From an uncultured virus (IMG/VR IMGVR_UViG_3300028920_000031) (taxonomy: Duplodnaviria; Heunggongvirae; Uroviricota; Caudoviricetes), in the IMG/VR virus record IMGVR_UViG_3300028920_000031: a stretch of 38,907 bases of DNA. One strand, 5' to 3'. The translations under genes and the position numbers were made by a program. The notes under the pieces are model-generated. The model was not told the DNA's origin, did not search any database, and saw only the letters and a list, made by a program, of their open reading frames with translations. Shown here one piece after another: positions 1 to 9,059 of the stretch (positions within the stretch are counted from its first letter, which is position 1; each line of letters opens with the position of its first letter).

Positions 1-36
1 AATTTCGTCGGGCATGTCGTTCTCCTTGTATGCCCT

Positions 37-65
37 ACGATAGCATGTCATTCATGAATGTCAAG
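37..65 (-). promoter_or_regulatory. sigma70-like promoter (recurring motif, copy 1)
   Basis: Minus strand CTTGACA-N16-TATCGT, followed by RBS AAGGAGA and an ATG at 15-13 of a gene running off the left edge. Confidence 0.7.
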
Positions 66-123
66 CCCTTTTCGCCGTTTTTCGGATGAACGCGGTTGTT
101 GAGCCGCGTTGTGCGTTCGCCGT

Positions 124-708
124 TCAATCTTTCGGTCCCGCCGCCCTGAACGAGACGTAGAGCGTGGCCTTCTTGGTTTTCGTGAACGCTCCGTCGAATT
201 CTTCTCGGGAGACGTTTCCCAGCTCGGCCTGCTTCTTGATGGTTTCCAGGTCTGGCGACCCGACGCTCGCGATATGCGGCTCGAGCGCCTTTTCAAGGCC
301 GTCCCACTTCGCCGCCTTCTTCTTGTCGAACTTCAGGATGCTTGCATACCGGTTTCCGAGCCTGGATCTCAGCTTTTCTTCGTCGTATTCGATGATTTCG
401 GAGAGCCTCAGCCTGAGGACCGCCTTTTCTCCTCCGATCCTGACGGTTGCGGTTTTTCCTCCGGCTTCGAGCACGGCGACCCTGATTTCTTCCCTGAGCT
501 GTTTTCTTTCCGCCTCGAGCTTCTTTTTCTCCTCGCTGACGGCATTGAGTTCGAACTCGGTTTTTCTGAGTTCCATGCACCGTTCTCGGAGGCTTTCGTC
601 TTTGTCGAGCATTTCCGGCGCGTCAGACGACATCGTCCGGGATGCTTCGTTGTCGAGTTCGTCCGCGATCATCTTCGTCTCTTGCGTCGAATGTGGTTCG
701 TCAGTCAT
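124..708 (-). CDS. hypothetical protein with N-terminal coiled coil (194 aa)
   Basis: Protein-like charged composition; start overlaps the stop of the upstream gene. Confidence 0.75.
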   Translation of the reverse strand: MTDEPHSTQETKMIADELDNEASRTMSSDAPEMLDKDESLRERCMELRKTEFELNAVSEEKKKLEAERKQLREEIRVAVLEAGGKTATVRIGGEKAVLRLRLSEIIEYDEEKLRSRLGNRYASILKFDKKKAAKWDGLEKALEPHIASVGSPDLETIKKQAELGNVSREEFDGAFTKTKKATLYVSFRAAGPKD

Positions 709-985
709 GTTGAGCCTCGGTTTTCGTTGGACGGATTATGCCAAGCTGTTTACAAACCTGCGCGGCCATGTCTCTCGCCCCTTTTTCGTCAATTTGCTCA
801 AAGGCTGCCTCGGCTTTGTCCCAGCTTGCGTCCGTGTCGTCCTCCCATTGCAGGGCGCAGGAGCATACTCCCAGCTCTTCCGGGGAGAAAAACACCCGTA
901 TTTCCGGGTTGCCGTCTTCGCCGGCGTCGATCTTCACCAGCACCTGATCTTTGTCCGTTCCGTACAATTTTGCAAACATCGTCAT
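701..985 (-). CDS. hypothetical phage-type protein (94 aa, MTMFAKLY...)
   Basis: RBS AAGGGAGA before ATG 985; ORF track start trimmed. Confidence 0.7.
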   Translation of the reverse strand: MTMFAKLYGTDKDQVLVKIDAGEDGNPEIRVFFSPEELGVCSCALQWEDDTDASWDKAEAAFEQIDEKGARDMAAQVCKQLGIIRPTKTEAQHD

Positions 986-1068
986 TCTCCCTTTTGCTTT
1001 TCGTTTTTCAATCGGAACAAGGCACTTTGCACTATTGTCGTTCCGCCGAAACATCAGTTTCGGCATTG

Positions 1069-1260
1069 TCACAAAGAATTTTCGTCAATCTTCTTGGCCT
1101 GTCTAATTAGCGAAATCATTGTTCTCCGCTGATTGGGCGGCAAGCGATCATTGCGCCAAGAAACCCCATCTTTGTCTCGCTTCTCGAAAAAGCCTCTCAT
1201 GGTCTTTGTGAGCCTTTCAATTTTTGCGTATTCGTGTTTCAATTCGTATTTCCTTTTCAT
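1069..1260 (-). CDS. hypothetical protein (63 aa)
   Basis: ATG overlaps the stop of the upstream gene. Confidence 0.55.
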   Translation of the reverse strand: MKRKYELKHEYAKIERLTKTMRGFFEKRDKDGVSWRNDRLPPNQRRTMISLIRQAKKIDENSL

Positions 1261-1742
1261 TGCGGTTGTTCTGCGACGCTTTCCGCATTGCGGTCGAGGA
1301 CCTTCTGCAGGTAGAGGTCGAGGCCTTCGCGCACAGCCCATTTGGATGTTGCAAGTTCGGGGCACTTCCTGAGGTTGGCGAGCCAGTCGCCGAAGAATTT
1401 CCTGGTGAGTTTCGATTCCTTCTCGCAGGTGCCGTCCGGAAACAGCGCCTGTGCGACGACAGCGCTGCCGACCGCCTTTTGCCGAGGCGTTCGCTCCTTT
1501 GGGGCGTAGAGTTCGTGTACGGCGCGCTCAGCGGCGAGCCAGTTCTGTTTCGCTGTTTTCTTTTCGTCCTTCAGCCTTGTTGCGGCGATTCTGACGATTT
1601 CGGCCATGAGGTCGACGGCCATGTCGGGGTTCGCCTCGACGGCCTTGGCGCACAGGGTGAACAGGTCCTCCCGAAGTTCCCGTTCATTGTCCCGGTTCAG
1701 GAATTCGCGGATTCTCTTCTGTCTTTCAATGTATTTTTCCAT
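1257..1742 (-). CDS. hypothetical protein (161 aa)
   Basis: Helical charged protein; start trimmed to MEKYIERQ. Confidence 0.65.
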   Translation of the reverse strand: MEKYIERQKRIREFLNRDNERELREDLFTLCAKAVEANPDMAVDLMAEIVRIAATRLKDEKKTAKQNWLAAERAVHELYAPKERTPRQKAVGSAVVAQALFPDGTCEKESKLTRKFFGDWLANLRKCPELATSKWAVREGLDLYLQKVLDRNAESVAEQPQ

Positions 1743-1783
1743 GTCTTGTCCGGCTCCATTTTCGGACACGGGACGAATCTGAT

Positions 1784-2107
1784 TCATTCCGGGGACGGCC
1801 GGAATTTTGCAGGTTCCTTGTAGCATGTGTCGGCATTGCGTTTCGGCCTTCCTTTGGCATCCAGGATTTCGAATTTGCGGGGTTGCAGAGAGACGCGCTT
1901 GCCCAGCAACATGCTGGCGATTTTTTCCGCCTCTCTCGAGGCTTCTTCGCGATCGTCCCTGCTGGCGAGGATGCATTCTTGCCCTCCCGAGGTGACCGCT
2001 CTCACGTACCAGCCGTATTTTTCCCGGCTTGGCTTCTCGACGATATCTATGATCTCGATGTTTCGGGCGTGCACCGCTCGTCCGTGGAGGTCAACTGTCC
2101 ATGCCAT
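1784..2107 (-). CDS. hypothetical protein (107 aa)
   Basis: RBS GGAG upstream; operonic packing. Confidence 0.6.
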   Translation of the reverse strand: MAWTVDLHGRAVHARNIEIIDIVEKPSREKYGWYVRAVTSGGQECILASRDDREEASREAEKIASMLLGKRVSLQPRKFEILDAKGRPKRNADTCYKEPAKFRPSPE

Positions 2108-2525
2108 GTTTGTTCTCCAATATCCTGAATTCGTTTTCTTCGTCGGGCACCTGCCTGACGAGTTTGACCTGTCTGCACATTCTCGTCCCGGCTATTGTCG
2201 CGCATGCGCTTCTTTTGAGGGAATCCGACGCCTTGTGAGGGTCGATTGCCTGTCTGACGGTCAGGGAGGCGAGCTCGCAGAGGGGGATGATCTTCACGCC
2301 TTCGAATTCGCCTCTGATCTCGCATTCAAATATTCCGTGCTCGGGTTTCGCCAGACATGTCGCCCTTCCGAGACCTGAGTACACGTAGAGCCCATATCCG
2401 GCGGCTTCCATGACGCCGTCGCCCGAGACCCATTCTCCGATTTTGTACTGGACGACCAGGTTTTCGTTGAATGCGGCGACTCTGGGGGACCTGAGGCGGC
2501 CGTCGAGAACCTTGTAGTACTTCAC
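2091..2525 (-). CDS. hypothetical phage-type protein (144 aa)
   Basis: MKYYKV...QYKIGEWV...GLYVY pattern; operonic packing. Confidence 0.65.
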   Translation of the reverse strand: MKYYKVLDGRLRSPRVAAFNENLVVQYKIGEWVSGDGVMEAAGYGLYVYSGLGRATCLAKPEHGIFECEIRGEFEGVKIIPLCELASLTVRQAIDPHKASDSLKRSACATIAGTRMCRQVKLVRQVPDEENEFRILENKHGMDS

Positions 2526-2559
2526 GAGTCTCTTGTCCTTTTGTGGCAGTGCCGGGGGC

Positions 2560-3120
2560 TCATTTTCGCCCCTGTGTCTCGGGGCAGAGCGTCTTGCGGT
2601 ATGCTTGCCTCAGTTTTTCGGCGTATCCGGGAGCCAGCTCGATCACGTTCTCCTGCAGAAGCAGCGGATGGTGCGAGGCGACGACCACTTGGCCTCCGGC
2701 CCTGCAGATTGCCTCGAAGCCCGAGAGGAGTTCTTCGATGCCGGCGATATCCTGTCCGCTTTCCGGCTCGTCGATCAGGACGGTGTCGCCCTTTTTGAGC
2801 GGCATGCTGAACAGGGCGGCCTTCAGGATCTCTCCGTGCGACGAGAAGCGGGCTCGGATGCGCAGCGTCATGTTCAACATGCTTCCCGGGGGGTCTGCAG
2901 AGGAGCGGGGATTCATCGTTTCGGTGTCGAAGAAACGCGTCTCTCCGCTGTCTGACCGGTTTTTCGCGCAGCGGTCGCACGAATGGATGGCCTTCAGCAT
3001 CATGCTTTTCCCCGAGCCGTTAGGCCCGCACAGCGCGGTAATGCCTTCGGGGATGGAGAAGACGGGTCCTCCCCTGACTTTGCCGGCATGGTAGGGACAG
3101 AGTTGCAGTTTTGCGATCAC
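2560..3120 (-). CDS. stand-alone ABC-type ATPase
   Basis: Walker A GPNGSGKS, signature-like SSHGE, Walker B VLIDEPE, H-switch ASHH. Confidence 0.85.
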   Translation of the reverse strand: MIAKLQLCPYHAGKVRGGPVFSIPEGITALCGPNGSGKSMMLKAIHSCDRCAKNRSDSGETRFFDTETMNPRSSADPPGSMLNMTLRIRARFSSHGEILKAALFSMPLKKGDTVLIDEPESGQDIAGIEELLSGFEAICRAGGQVVVASHHPLLLQENVIELAPGYAEKLRQAYRKTLCPETQGRK

Positions 3121-3179
3121 GTTGTCGTTTCTTCTTCACGAAAACTGCAGGGAAGCCCGTGACGACGGCCGCGGAGGCG

Positions 3180-3581
3180 TCAATGCGGCTGTTCTCCCGT
3201 TTCGGATTCGTCGGGTTCGCCTTCGACGGCTTCTTCCTTGGCTTTTTCGGCTTCTTCGGCGGCTTTCATTACGGCTTCGGGGTTTCCGAGCCTTGTGCGG
3301 TGGTAGCAGCGGTAGGGGTCGAGGATATTGGCTTCCGCAAAACATTCCCTGGTCATGTAGAGTCCGTTTCCGTCTTCGCAGACGACGACGTCGCTGAAGG
3401 TTTCGCGGGTGGTCATGTCGTGCTTGGCCCGGCGGCCGTTGGGCTTTCTCATGCCGGGCGCGAGGGCTTTGGTGACGGTCACGGGTTCTTCGACGCGATG
3501 CCTGATCCAGCTTTTGTCCGAGCTGTAGCGTTGAGCGTCGACGGTGCTTTCTTCTTTTTTCTTCTGTGCTGTCTTTGCCAT
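3180..3581 (-). CDS. hypothetical protein (133 aa)
   Basis: Lies downstream of promoter copy 2; start uncertain (3581 or 3665). Confidence 0.6.
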   Translation of the reverse strand: MAKTAQKKKEESTVDAQRYSSDKSWIRHRVEEPVTVTKALAPGMRKPNGRRAKHDMTTRETFSDVVVCEDGNGLYMTRECFAEANILDPYRCYHRTRLGNPEAVMKAAEEAEKAKEEAVEGEPDESETGEQPH

Positions 3582-3669
3582 GGCTGTGTTTCCTGTCCGG
3601 GGGTCTGTTTTTTCTTTCTTGCCTTTTCGGACAACTACCATTGTTGCCGCAAAGGCGCCGAACATGGGG

Positions 3670-3698
3670 AATTTAGCGCGCGTTTGACGGTTGTCAAG
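3670..3698 (-). promoter_or_regulatory. sigma70-like promoter (copy 2)
   Basis: CTTGACA-N16-TAAATT in an intergenic gap. Confidence 0.7.
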
Positions 3699-3708
3699 CC
3701 TGTTTTCG

Positions 3709-4071
3709 TCAGATTCCCGGCTTTTCGCCGATCTCGTCTTCGGGTTCGAGGAGGTGCAGGATGGTGAATACGAGGACGTGTACGGCGTTCGAGCCGACGG
3801 GGACGACCTTGACCACGTCTGCGAGGGCGTCGCGCGTCTGCGGGGCGTCCATGCCCTTCTCGCGGGCGGTTTCGACGTAGCGCTCGATGACGCGGTTCGA
3901 AGGGTCTTTGAAGTCGGTGGCGAGCCCGGCTTCCAAGAGGTAGCCGTAGATGAGGTAGGCGATTATTTCCTTGTCGTGCCTTTCCGCCTTCCTGGCGTCC
4001 CTGATCGTCCTGACGAGGTCCTTGACGCGGTTGTCCAAGGCGCGGGCTCTTGCTGTCTGGTCTCTATCCAT
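3709..4071 (-). CDS. hypothetical protein (120 aa)
   Basis: RBS-like AGGA upstream; protein-like composition. Confidence 0.65.
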   Translation of the reverse strand: MDRDQTARARALDNRVKDLVRTIRDARKAERHDKEIIAYLIYGYLLEAGLATDFKDPSNRVIERYVETAREKGMDAPQTRDALADVVKVVPVGSNAVHVLVFTILHLLEPEDEIGEKPGI

Positions 4072-4093
4072 TGTTCCTGTCCTGTTCGGCTGA

Positions 4094-4387
4094 TCAATAG
4101 CAGTCGTCGCCGATCCAGATGTTGGGGTAGTCGGTGTGCAACGTCCTCGGAGTCCGCTCCTCTGCCGCCGTTGTGCTCCGCACGCCTTCGGATGATCCTC
4201 CTGTGGGAGCCTGCGGGTAGAGGATTTTCCTCAGTCGCTCCTCGTACCATCCTCCTCGGCGCGCCGGGACTGTTGCTTCGGCTTCCTCGGGCGCACGGGG
4301 TCCTGGAGCGTCGGGCTTCTCGGCGAGCTCACTGGCCAGCATTGCCGAGGTTGCGACGATCACGACGATGAGCAGTACGACTGTCAT
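4094..4387 (-). CDS. hypothetical protein with N-terminal hydrophobic anchor or signal (97 aa)
   Basis: MTVVLLIVVIVATSAML hydrophobic N-terminus. Confidence 0.6.
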   Translation of the reverse strand: MTVVLLIVVIVATSAMLASELAEKPDAPGPRAPEEAEATVPARRGGWYEERLRKILYPQAPTGGSSEGVRSTTAAEERTPRTLHTDYPNIWIGDDCY

Positions 4388-4501
4388 GTTTTTCTTGCTC
4401 CCATGTCAGGTAAAAAGGTCGAGATCGATGTTGTCTTCCCTCCACAGGCCCGGGACGTATCCTTGGGTCTGTTGAGGACGCCATGCTCCCTCATTCTCGC
4501 G

Positions 4502-4746
4502 TCATTGCCCGGGCTCATCCTGCTTTCCCTTGTTCGTTTCGTGTCTGAGTCTGCATGCGAGGATTCCTATGGTCAACGTGAGGACATGCAGGGTGGAGTT
4601 GTTGTCGGATACCATGTGGCCGAGTTTTCCGAGGGCCTGTGATTCCTCTTCGGAGGCCGGGCCGTGCTCCTCTTCTGCCTGGCCTGTGCTACGGTGGTCT
4701 TGATTTCAAGGAGTGCCTCGAGCTCTTTTTTCTTCAGCGCGGTCAT
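4502..4746 (-). pseudogene. probable frameshifted small gene
   Basis: Strong RBS AAAGGAGA and MTALKKKELEALLEIK start; a more protein-like continuation (AEEEHGPASEEESQALGKLG...) lies in another frame from ~4678. Confidence 0.35.
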
Positions 4747-4787
4747 GGTTCGGTTCTCCTTTCTGGCGTCGGCGGGGCCCGTACATC

Positions 4788-5792
4788 TTACAGCAGCACT
4801 CCCTGTATTCTCCGGCGGGTGACGTTGCCGATCCACTCCTGGTTCTGCGAGTACCAGTCGAGCGTGAGCCTGAGCCCCTCTTCGAACGTCACTTCGGGCT
4901 TCCAGCCGAGCTCGCCCATGATCTTGCGGGCGTCCATGGCGTAGCGGCGGTCGTGTCCGGGGCGGTCCTTGACATGCTCGATGAGGCTTTCGGGCTTGCC
5001 GAGCCAGTCGAGGATGGCCCGGATGACCTCGAGGTTGGTCTTCTCGTTGCATCCTCCGACGTTGTAGACCTCGTCGGTCCCGCCCCTGGTGAAGGCTGCC
5101 CAGATCGCCGAGCAGTGGTCGGCAACGTAGAGCCAGTCGCGGACCTGCATCCCGTCGCCGTAGACCGGCAGCGGCTTGTCGTGCCGGGCGCTACTGAACA
5201 TCAGGGGGAGCATTTTTTCGGGGAACTGGTATGGCCCGTAGTTGTTGGAGCATCTGGTGATGACGGTGTCGAGTCCGTAGGTGTGGTGGAATGCGTGGAC
5301 GAGATGGTCCGCGGCGGTCTTGCTTGCGGCGTACGGGGAGTTCGGGCAGAGCGGGGTGGTTTCTGAGAATGGCGCGTCTTCGGGTTCCAGCGAGCCGTAG
5401 ACCTCGTCGGTGGAGACCTGCAGGAACCGCTTGACTCCGGCGTCAATGGAGGCGAGGAGCAGGTTGAGGGTGCCGCCGACGTTGGTCTCGACGAAGATGT
5501 TCGGCTCCTCGATGGACCGGTCGACGTGGCTTTCGGCGGCGAAGTTGATGATGCCGCCGATGTTGTGCTTCTCGAGCAGGTCGGGAACGAGTTCGCCGTC
5601 GCGGATGTCGCCGCGGACGAATGTGTAGTTTTCGTCGTCCTCGCATCCGGCGAGGTTCATGGGGTGTCCGGCGTAAGTCAGGGCGTCGAGGTTGACGACC
5701 TTGACGTCCCTGTGTTCGGCCAGGATCATCCGGATGAAGTTGCATCCGATGAATCCGCAGCCTCCGGTTACGAGGATCGTTTCTTGGATCAT
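4788..5792 (-). CDS. rfbB: dTDP-glucose 4,6-dehydratase
   Basis: GGCGFIG Rossmann motif, DALTYAG, FAAESHVDRSI, STDEVYG, YAASK, RCSNNYGPYQFPEK, DRPGHDRRYA. Confidence 0.97.
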   Translation of the reverse strand: MIQETILVTGGCGFIGCNFIRMILAEHRDVKVVNLDALTYAGHPMNLAGCEDDENYTFVRGDIRDGELVPDLLEKHNIGGIINFAAESHVDRSIEEPNIFVETNVGGTLNLLLASIDAGVKRFLQVSTDEVYGSLEPEDAPFSETTPLCPNSPYAASKTAADHLVHAFHHTYGLDTVITRCSNNYGPYQFPEKMLPLMFSSARHDKPLPVYGDGMQVRDWLYVADHCSAIWAAFTRGGTDEVYNVGGCNEKTNLEVIRAILDWLGKPESLIEHVKDRPGHDRRYAMDARKIMGELGWKPEVTFEEGLRLTLDWYSQNQEWIGNVTRRRIQGVLL

Positions 5793-5892
5793 GATTCTCT
5801 CCTTTGTCGCGTCAGCAGTCGAACGGCGTCTTTCTGTACCTTATGGTCAGGTCGGCGCTCATTTTGTCGGCCACCATTCTGGCCATGGGCCT

Positions 5893-6078
5893 CGGCCGGC
5901 GTACACGTCGCGCGCCTGTCCGCAATGTGGATGCTGCGACACCGGGAACCGGAATGGAGAATCGTTCAAGTGTATCGGCTGTGGCCACGCAGCCGATGCC
6001 GACTTCGTCGGAGCGCTGAACGTGAAACGACTCGGTTCAGGCGGGAGCCTAGAGTCCCCGCAGATCAAAAAGGACTGA
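5893..6078 (+). pseudogene. tnpB: C-terminal fragment of TnpB (IS200/IS605/IS607 family)
   Basis: PAYTSRACPQCG...FKCIGCGHAADADFVGALNV is the TnpB zinc ribbon plus RuvC-III; the N-terminal part is absent. Confidence 0.85.
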
Positions 6079-6101
6079 ATAGAGATTCTTTTATTCAAAG
6101 T

Positions 6102-6359
6102 TCAACTCTTTTCCACTATGCAGAAGCAGTTGTGCGGTTCGTAGAAGTATCTGGTATGCGGCGTGATCGCCCAGCCGTCGTCGAGGAGCTGCTCGATCTT
6201 TTCATGGAAGGATCGGAGATCGCGTGTTTTGACGACTTTCTGTATCGGACTTTCGAGGTCGCCGAGGTTTCCGAGAGCGACGCCTTGCTTCTCGACGTCG
6301 CCATTGCCGTAGACGGTGTAGGCGCCTATCGCGTGCGGTTTCGTGGGGTTATCCATCAT
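6102..6359 (-). CDS. hypothetical protein (85 aa)
   Basis: Downstream of promoter copy 3; RBS AGGA. Confidence 0.6.
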   Translation of the reverse strand: MMDNPTKPHAIGAYTVYGNGDVEKQGVALGNLGDLESPIQKVVKTRDLRSFHEKIEQLLDDGWAITPHTRYFYEPHNCFCIVEKS

Positions 6360-6442
6360 GTTGTTCCTGTTTGCCGCGTTTTTCAGCAATCAGTGCCGTG
6401 GGCGAATCTGACCGGACGTTGCGTTTCTCTTTTGTCTTCTGC

Positions 6443-6471
6443 AATCTATCGCTTGACAGGTCGGTGTCAAG
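6443..6471 (-). promoter_or_regulatory. sigma70-like promoter (copy 3) overlapping the palindrome CTTGACA-N6-TGTCAAG
   Basis: CTTGACA-N16-TAGATT; inverted repeat at 6452-6471. Confidence 0.7.
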
Positions 6472-6566
6472 TCGATTGTGACATAATCAAGGCAGGATGC
6501 TGTTCTTCGAAGCGGAAAATTTCCTCGTCGGGCGAGAAGTCCGTTCTTCGTCCGGAGCGGGGCAGT

Positions 6567-6809
6567 TCACTTGATTCCTATCAGATATGGTCCCGAGTCT
6601 GCGAAGTCGTCCACCATCCTGACCTGCGGGTTGACGAATTCGATGATTCCTATTCGGAAGATCGTTTCGCGTCCGTCGGGATGGAGCTTCGAGCTGTGTT
6701 CGCGGACATAGTCGCACATCTCTGCATAGTTCAGGTCGGAATGAACGGGCACGGCCTTGCAGCCGTTGCCTGTGAGAACGTACCGGAATTTTGTGCTGCA
6801 GTTCTTCAT
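6567..6809 (-). CDS. hypothetical protein (80 aa)
   Basis: ATGA overlap with the upstream stop. Confidence 0.55.
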   Translation of the reverse strand: MKNCSTKFRYVLTGNGCKAVPVHSDLNYAEMCDYVREHSSKLHPDGRETIFRIGIIEFVNPQVRMVDDFADSGPYLIGIK

Positions 6810-7264
6810 GGCAACTCTGCATTGTCGGCGATCACGTGGATTTCGAAGAGGGGCTCGACGTTGACGACGGGGCCGCAATTCCTGACGTGGAGCGGAAGCA
6901 GGGCCCTGATGGCTTCGCGGGATTTGGGCGCCATGGGGTAGTCGACGCATTCCTGGGACAGGATGCCGTCGGGGACTTGCAGGGCGCATTTCAGCAGCCT
7001 GTCGCCGTAGAGTACGGTGACGAGCCGGTTCACGTGATTATCCATTTGGTTCTCCTCGGGATTGGGCCTGCGGTTCCACCGCTTGACGTCGCCGACGTCG
7101 TAGAGCTGGGCCGCGGACTCGTAGCAGTCGTTGCCGGGATGCTCGTAGAAGGCGCCGTGGTGGTCGTCGGTGAAGATCATCTCCTTGCCGCAGAACGGGC
7201 ACGGCTTGGGCTTGGCGGCCTTCAGCGCTTCGTATTCCTCGTCGGTCATGTCGTCGTAGGCCAT
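6806..7264 (-). CDS. Lar-like zinc-finger domain protein with C-terminal extension
   Basis: KPCPFCG...HP..C...WNRR pattern typical of the Lar restriction-alleviation family. Confidence 0.7.
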   Translation of the reverse strand: MAYDDMTDEEYEALKAAKPKPCPFCGKEMIFTDDHHGAFYEHPGNDCYESAAQLYDVGDVKRWNRRPNPEENQMDNHVNRLVTVLYGDRLLKCALQVPDGILSQECVDYPMAPKSREAIRALLPLHVRNCGPVVNVEPLFEIHVIADNAELP

Positions 7265-7291
7265 CTCTATTTCTCCAGTTCAAGATATAGC

Positions 7292-7546
7292 TCATTTCTC
7301 GTCTTTCCACGGTACGTACACAACGTGTAGCTGCCTGATCTCGCATTCGGGATACAGTTTCCTGTTGATGCGTTCAGCGACTTCCCTGTTCTGGTTGCAC
7401 TGGGCGGCATGTCCGCGGTAGAACATAATCTGTTCGTCGATAACCGCCCACCACGCATCGACGACGACCCGGAAGATGCCGTTGCGGGGCGTCGTGGCGG
7501 TCTCGATGTCGACGAACTCGATGTGTTCTTTGAAGCTCGGCTTCAT
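7292..7546 (-). CDS. hypothetical protein (84 aa)
   Basis: RBS GGAGG; start trimmed to MKPSFKEH. Confidence 0.65.
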   Translation of the reverse strand: MKPSFKEHIEFVDIETATTPRNGIFRVVVDAWWAVIDEQIMFYRGHAAQCNQNREVAERINRKLYPECEIRQLHVVYVPWKDEK

Positions 7547-7547
7547 C

Positions 7548-7958
7548 CTACAGCCTCCCGACTTCTGGATGGGGCTCGCCCGTCCATTCGGTTTTTTCAG
7601 CTTGACTGGATCCATATTTTTTCTGCAGCCGGATCAGTTCCGCGCGTTCGGCCGCTTCGGTTTCGGCCTTTTTCCGGTCCTCTTCATGGCCGCAGTGGAT
7701 GGCCTGTAGCCGGGCGATGTCGATTTTTTGGACGTGCTGGGCGGGAATGGCCCAGGCTTTGGCCAGGTGGAGATGCCTGCTCGGGTCGACGGCGGACCAC
7801 TCGTTCTCCCCGTCGGGATAAGCGACGTGGTCTTCGATTTGCTTTTGTTCGCTTCTGGGGTCTTGCGGATCGGTCTCGAACCATTCGATCGCGATTCCGC
7901 AGTCGATGGAGTTCTTGCAGCCTTCGGCCTTTTGCTGCTTGACGATGAAGTACTTCAT
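7548..7958 (-). CDS. hypothetical phage-type protein (136 aa)
   Basis: RBS AAGGA; operonic packing. Confidence 0.7.
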   Translation of the reverse strand: MKYFIVKQQKAEGCKNSIDCGIAIEWFETDPQDPRSEQKQIEDHVAYPDGENEWSAVDPSRHLHLAKAWAIPAQHVQKIDIARLQAIHCGHEEDRKKAETEAAERAELIRLQKKYGSSQAEKTEWTGEPHPEVGRL

Positions 7959-7976
7959 TTTGTTCCTTTTCGGTTT

Positions 7977-8171
7977 CTATTTCAGGTCTTCGACGTCGCC
8001 CCATGTCGCGACTTCCCAGAAATAGACGTAGAACGCGCCGTTGCCGGCTTTGGGATGGGCGATGGTGAAACGCTGCCGCGACACCGTGACATACACTATC
8101 AGAACGAGGAGGGCATACATTGCTGTCAATGCGATCTTCTGTTTCGGCGACTTGGCTTTCTTCTTCATCAT
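7977..8171 (-). CDS. small membrane protein (64 aa)
   Basis: Basic N-terminus followed by a hydrophobic helix IALTAMYALLVLIVYVTV. Confidence 0.6.
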   Translation of the reverse strand: MMKKKAKSPKQKIALTAMYALLVLIVYVTVSRQRFTIAHPKAGNGAFYVYFWEVATWGDVEDLK

Positions 8172-8193
8172 TGGTTTTCCTGGTTCGCTGGAA

Positions 8194-8739
8194 TTATGCA
8201 ATGTTGTCTCGGAACCAGCGCCAATGTGCAGCCTTCCACAGCTCGGGTTCTCGAGCGTCTTCCCGCGACGGGGGGAAGACAGTATCCTCCCCGTCCATTT
8301 CAAGTTGTCGCACGTGTTTCTCGTGCTTTTCGCGCCAGTCAAGTGCCGCCGCGATTTGGCTGCTCGTAATAATCTCTGCAAGAAGTTGCATCGGTCGTCC
8401 TCCCTGTTCAAATTCAAGGCGTAAGTTGTCGGCGACGAGCCAACGGCGTTGAAACTCATCGTCAGGATATTTGCACCAGTTCGCTGGACCTAGATGCTCT
8501 TCGAGCCACGCCGTCCTAAAAGCGCCAGTCGAGTACATGCATCCCTTCGGCATCGTTTTCGGCTTGGGATCTACGGGACGCCAGATCCAGATCGGATTGA
8601 GGGGCTTGCCGCAAAGCGGGCAGGGCTTCCCCGTAGACACAAACTCGCAGGCTTGCCGATACTGCTCGGGTCTTTCATCGCGATAGGGGTCGAGTATCCA
8701 ACCGCCGCACTCGCAGCACTCGGATTCGTCCTCTTTCAT
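8194..8739 (-). CDS. Cys-rich zinc-finger hypothetical protein (181 aa)
   Basis: CCECGG and CPLCG motifs; TGATG overlap with the upstream gene. Confidence 0.7.
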   Translation of the reverse strand: MKEDESECCECGGWILDPYRDERPEQYRQACEFVSTGKPCPLCGKPLNPIWIWRPVDPKPKTMPKGCMYSTGAFRTAWLEEHLGPANWCKYPDDEFQRRWLVADNLRLEFEQGGRPMQLLAEIITSSQIAAALDWREKHEKHVRQLEMDGEDTVFPPSREDAREPELWKAAHWRWFRDNIA

Positions 8740-9059
8740 CAGTCGTCCTGCTGCTTGTTTTCGTCGGGTTCGATCCACTGAAATTCAGAGTCACCCGTAG
8801 CGGGGTTCGTTGTTATCCACTCGGCGTAGCCGCGCTCGCAGGCTTCCTTGCGGAGCCTGCGATGCGGGCCGAAAAAATTCTCGAACAGAGTTGACCCGAC
8901 GACCCCGATACAAAAACCGACAAGAAGCGCGGCCACGATCAATCCCAATGGAGAAGGCTCGGCAGGAATCCTGACCATCTCCACCTGTTCTTTCTGTGCC
9001 TCTTCAATCAGTTCCGACATACTCTTCTCTTTCGGGAAACGGCCTATTTTCTCTTCCAT
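8739..9059 (-). CDS. membrane protein (106 aa)
   Basis: Transmembrane helix LGLIVAALLVGFCIGVVG; RBS AAGGAG. Confidence 0.65.
   Translation of the reverse strand: MEEKIGRFPKEKSMSELIEEAQKEQVEMVRIPAEPSPLGLIVAALLVGFCIGVVGSTLFENFFGPHRRLRKEACERGYAEWITTNPATGDSEFQWIEPDENKQQDD

Noticed and set aside
89..110. Hairpin AACGCGG/CCGCGTT as an intrinsic terminator
   Set aside because: No U-tract on the coding (minus) strand
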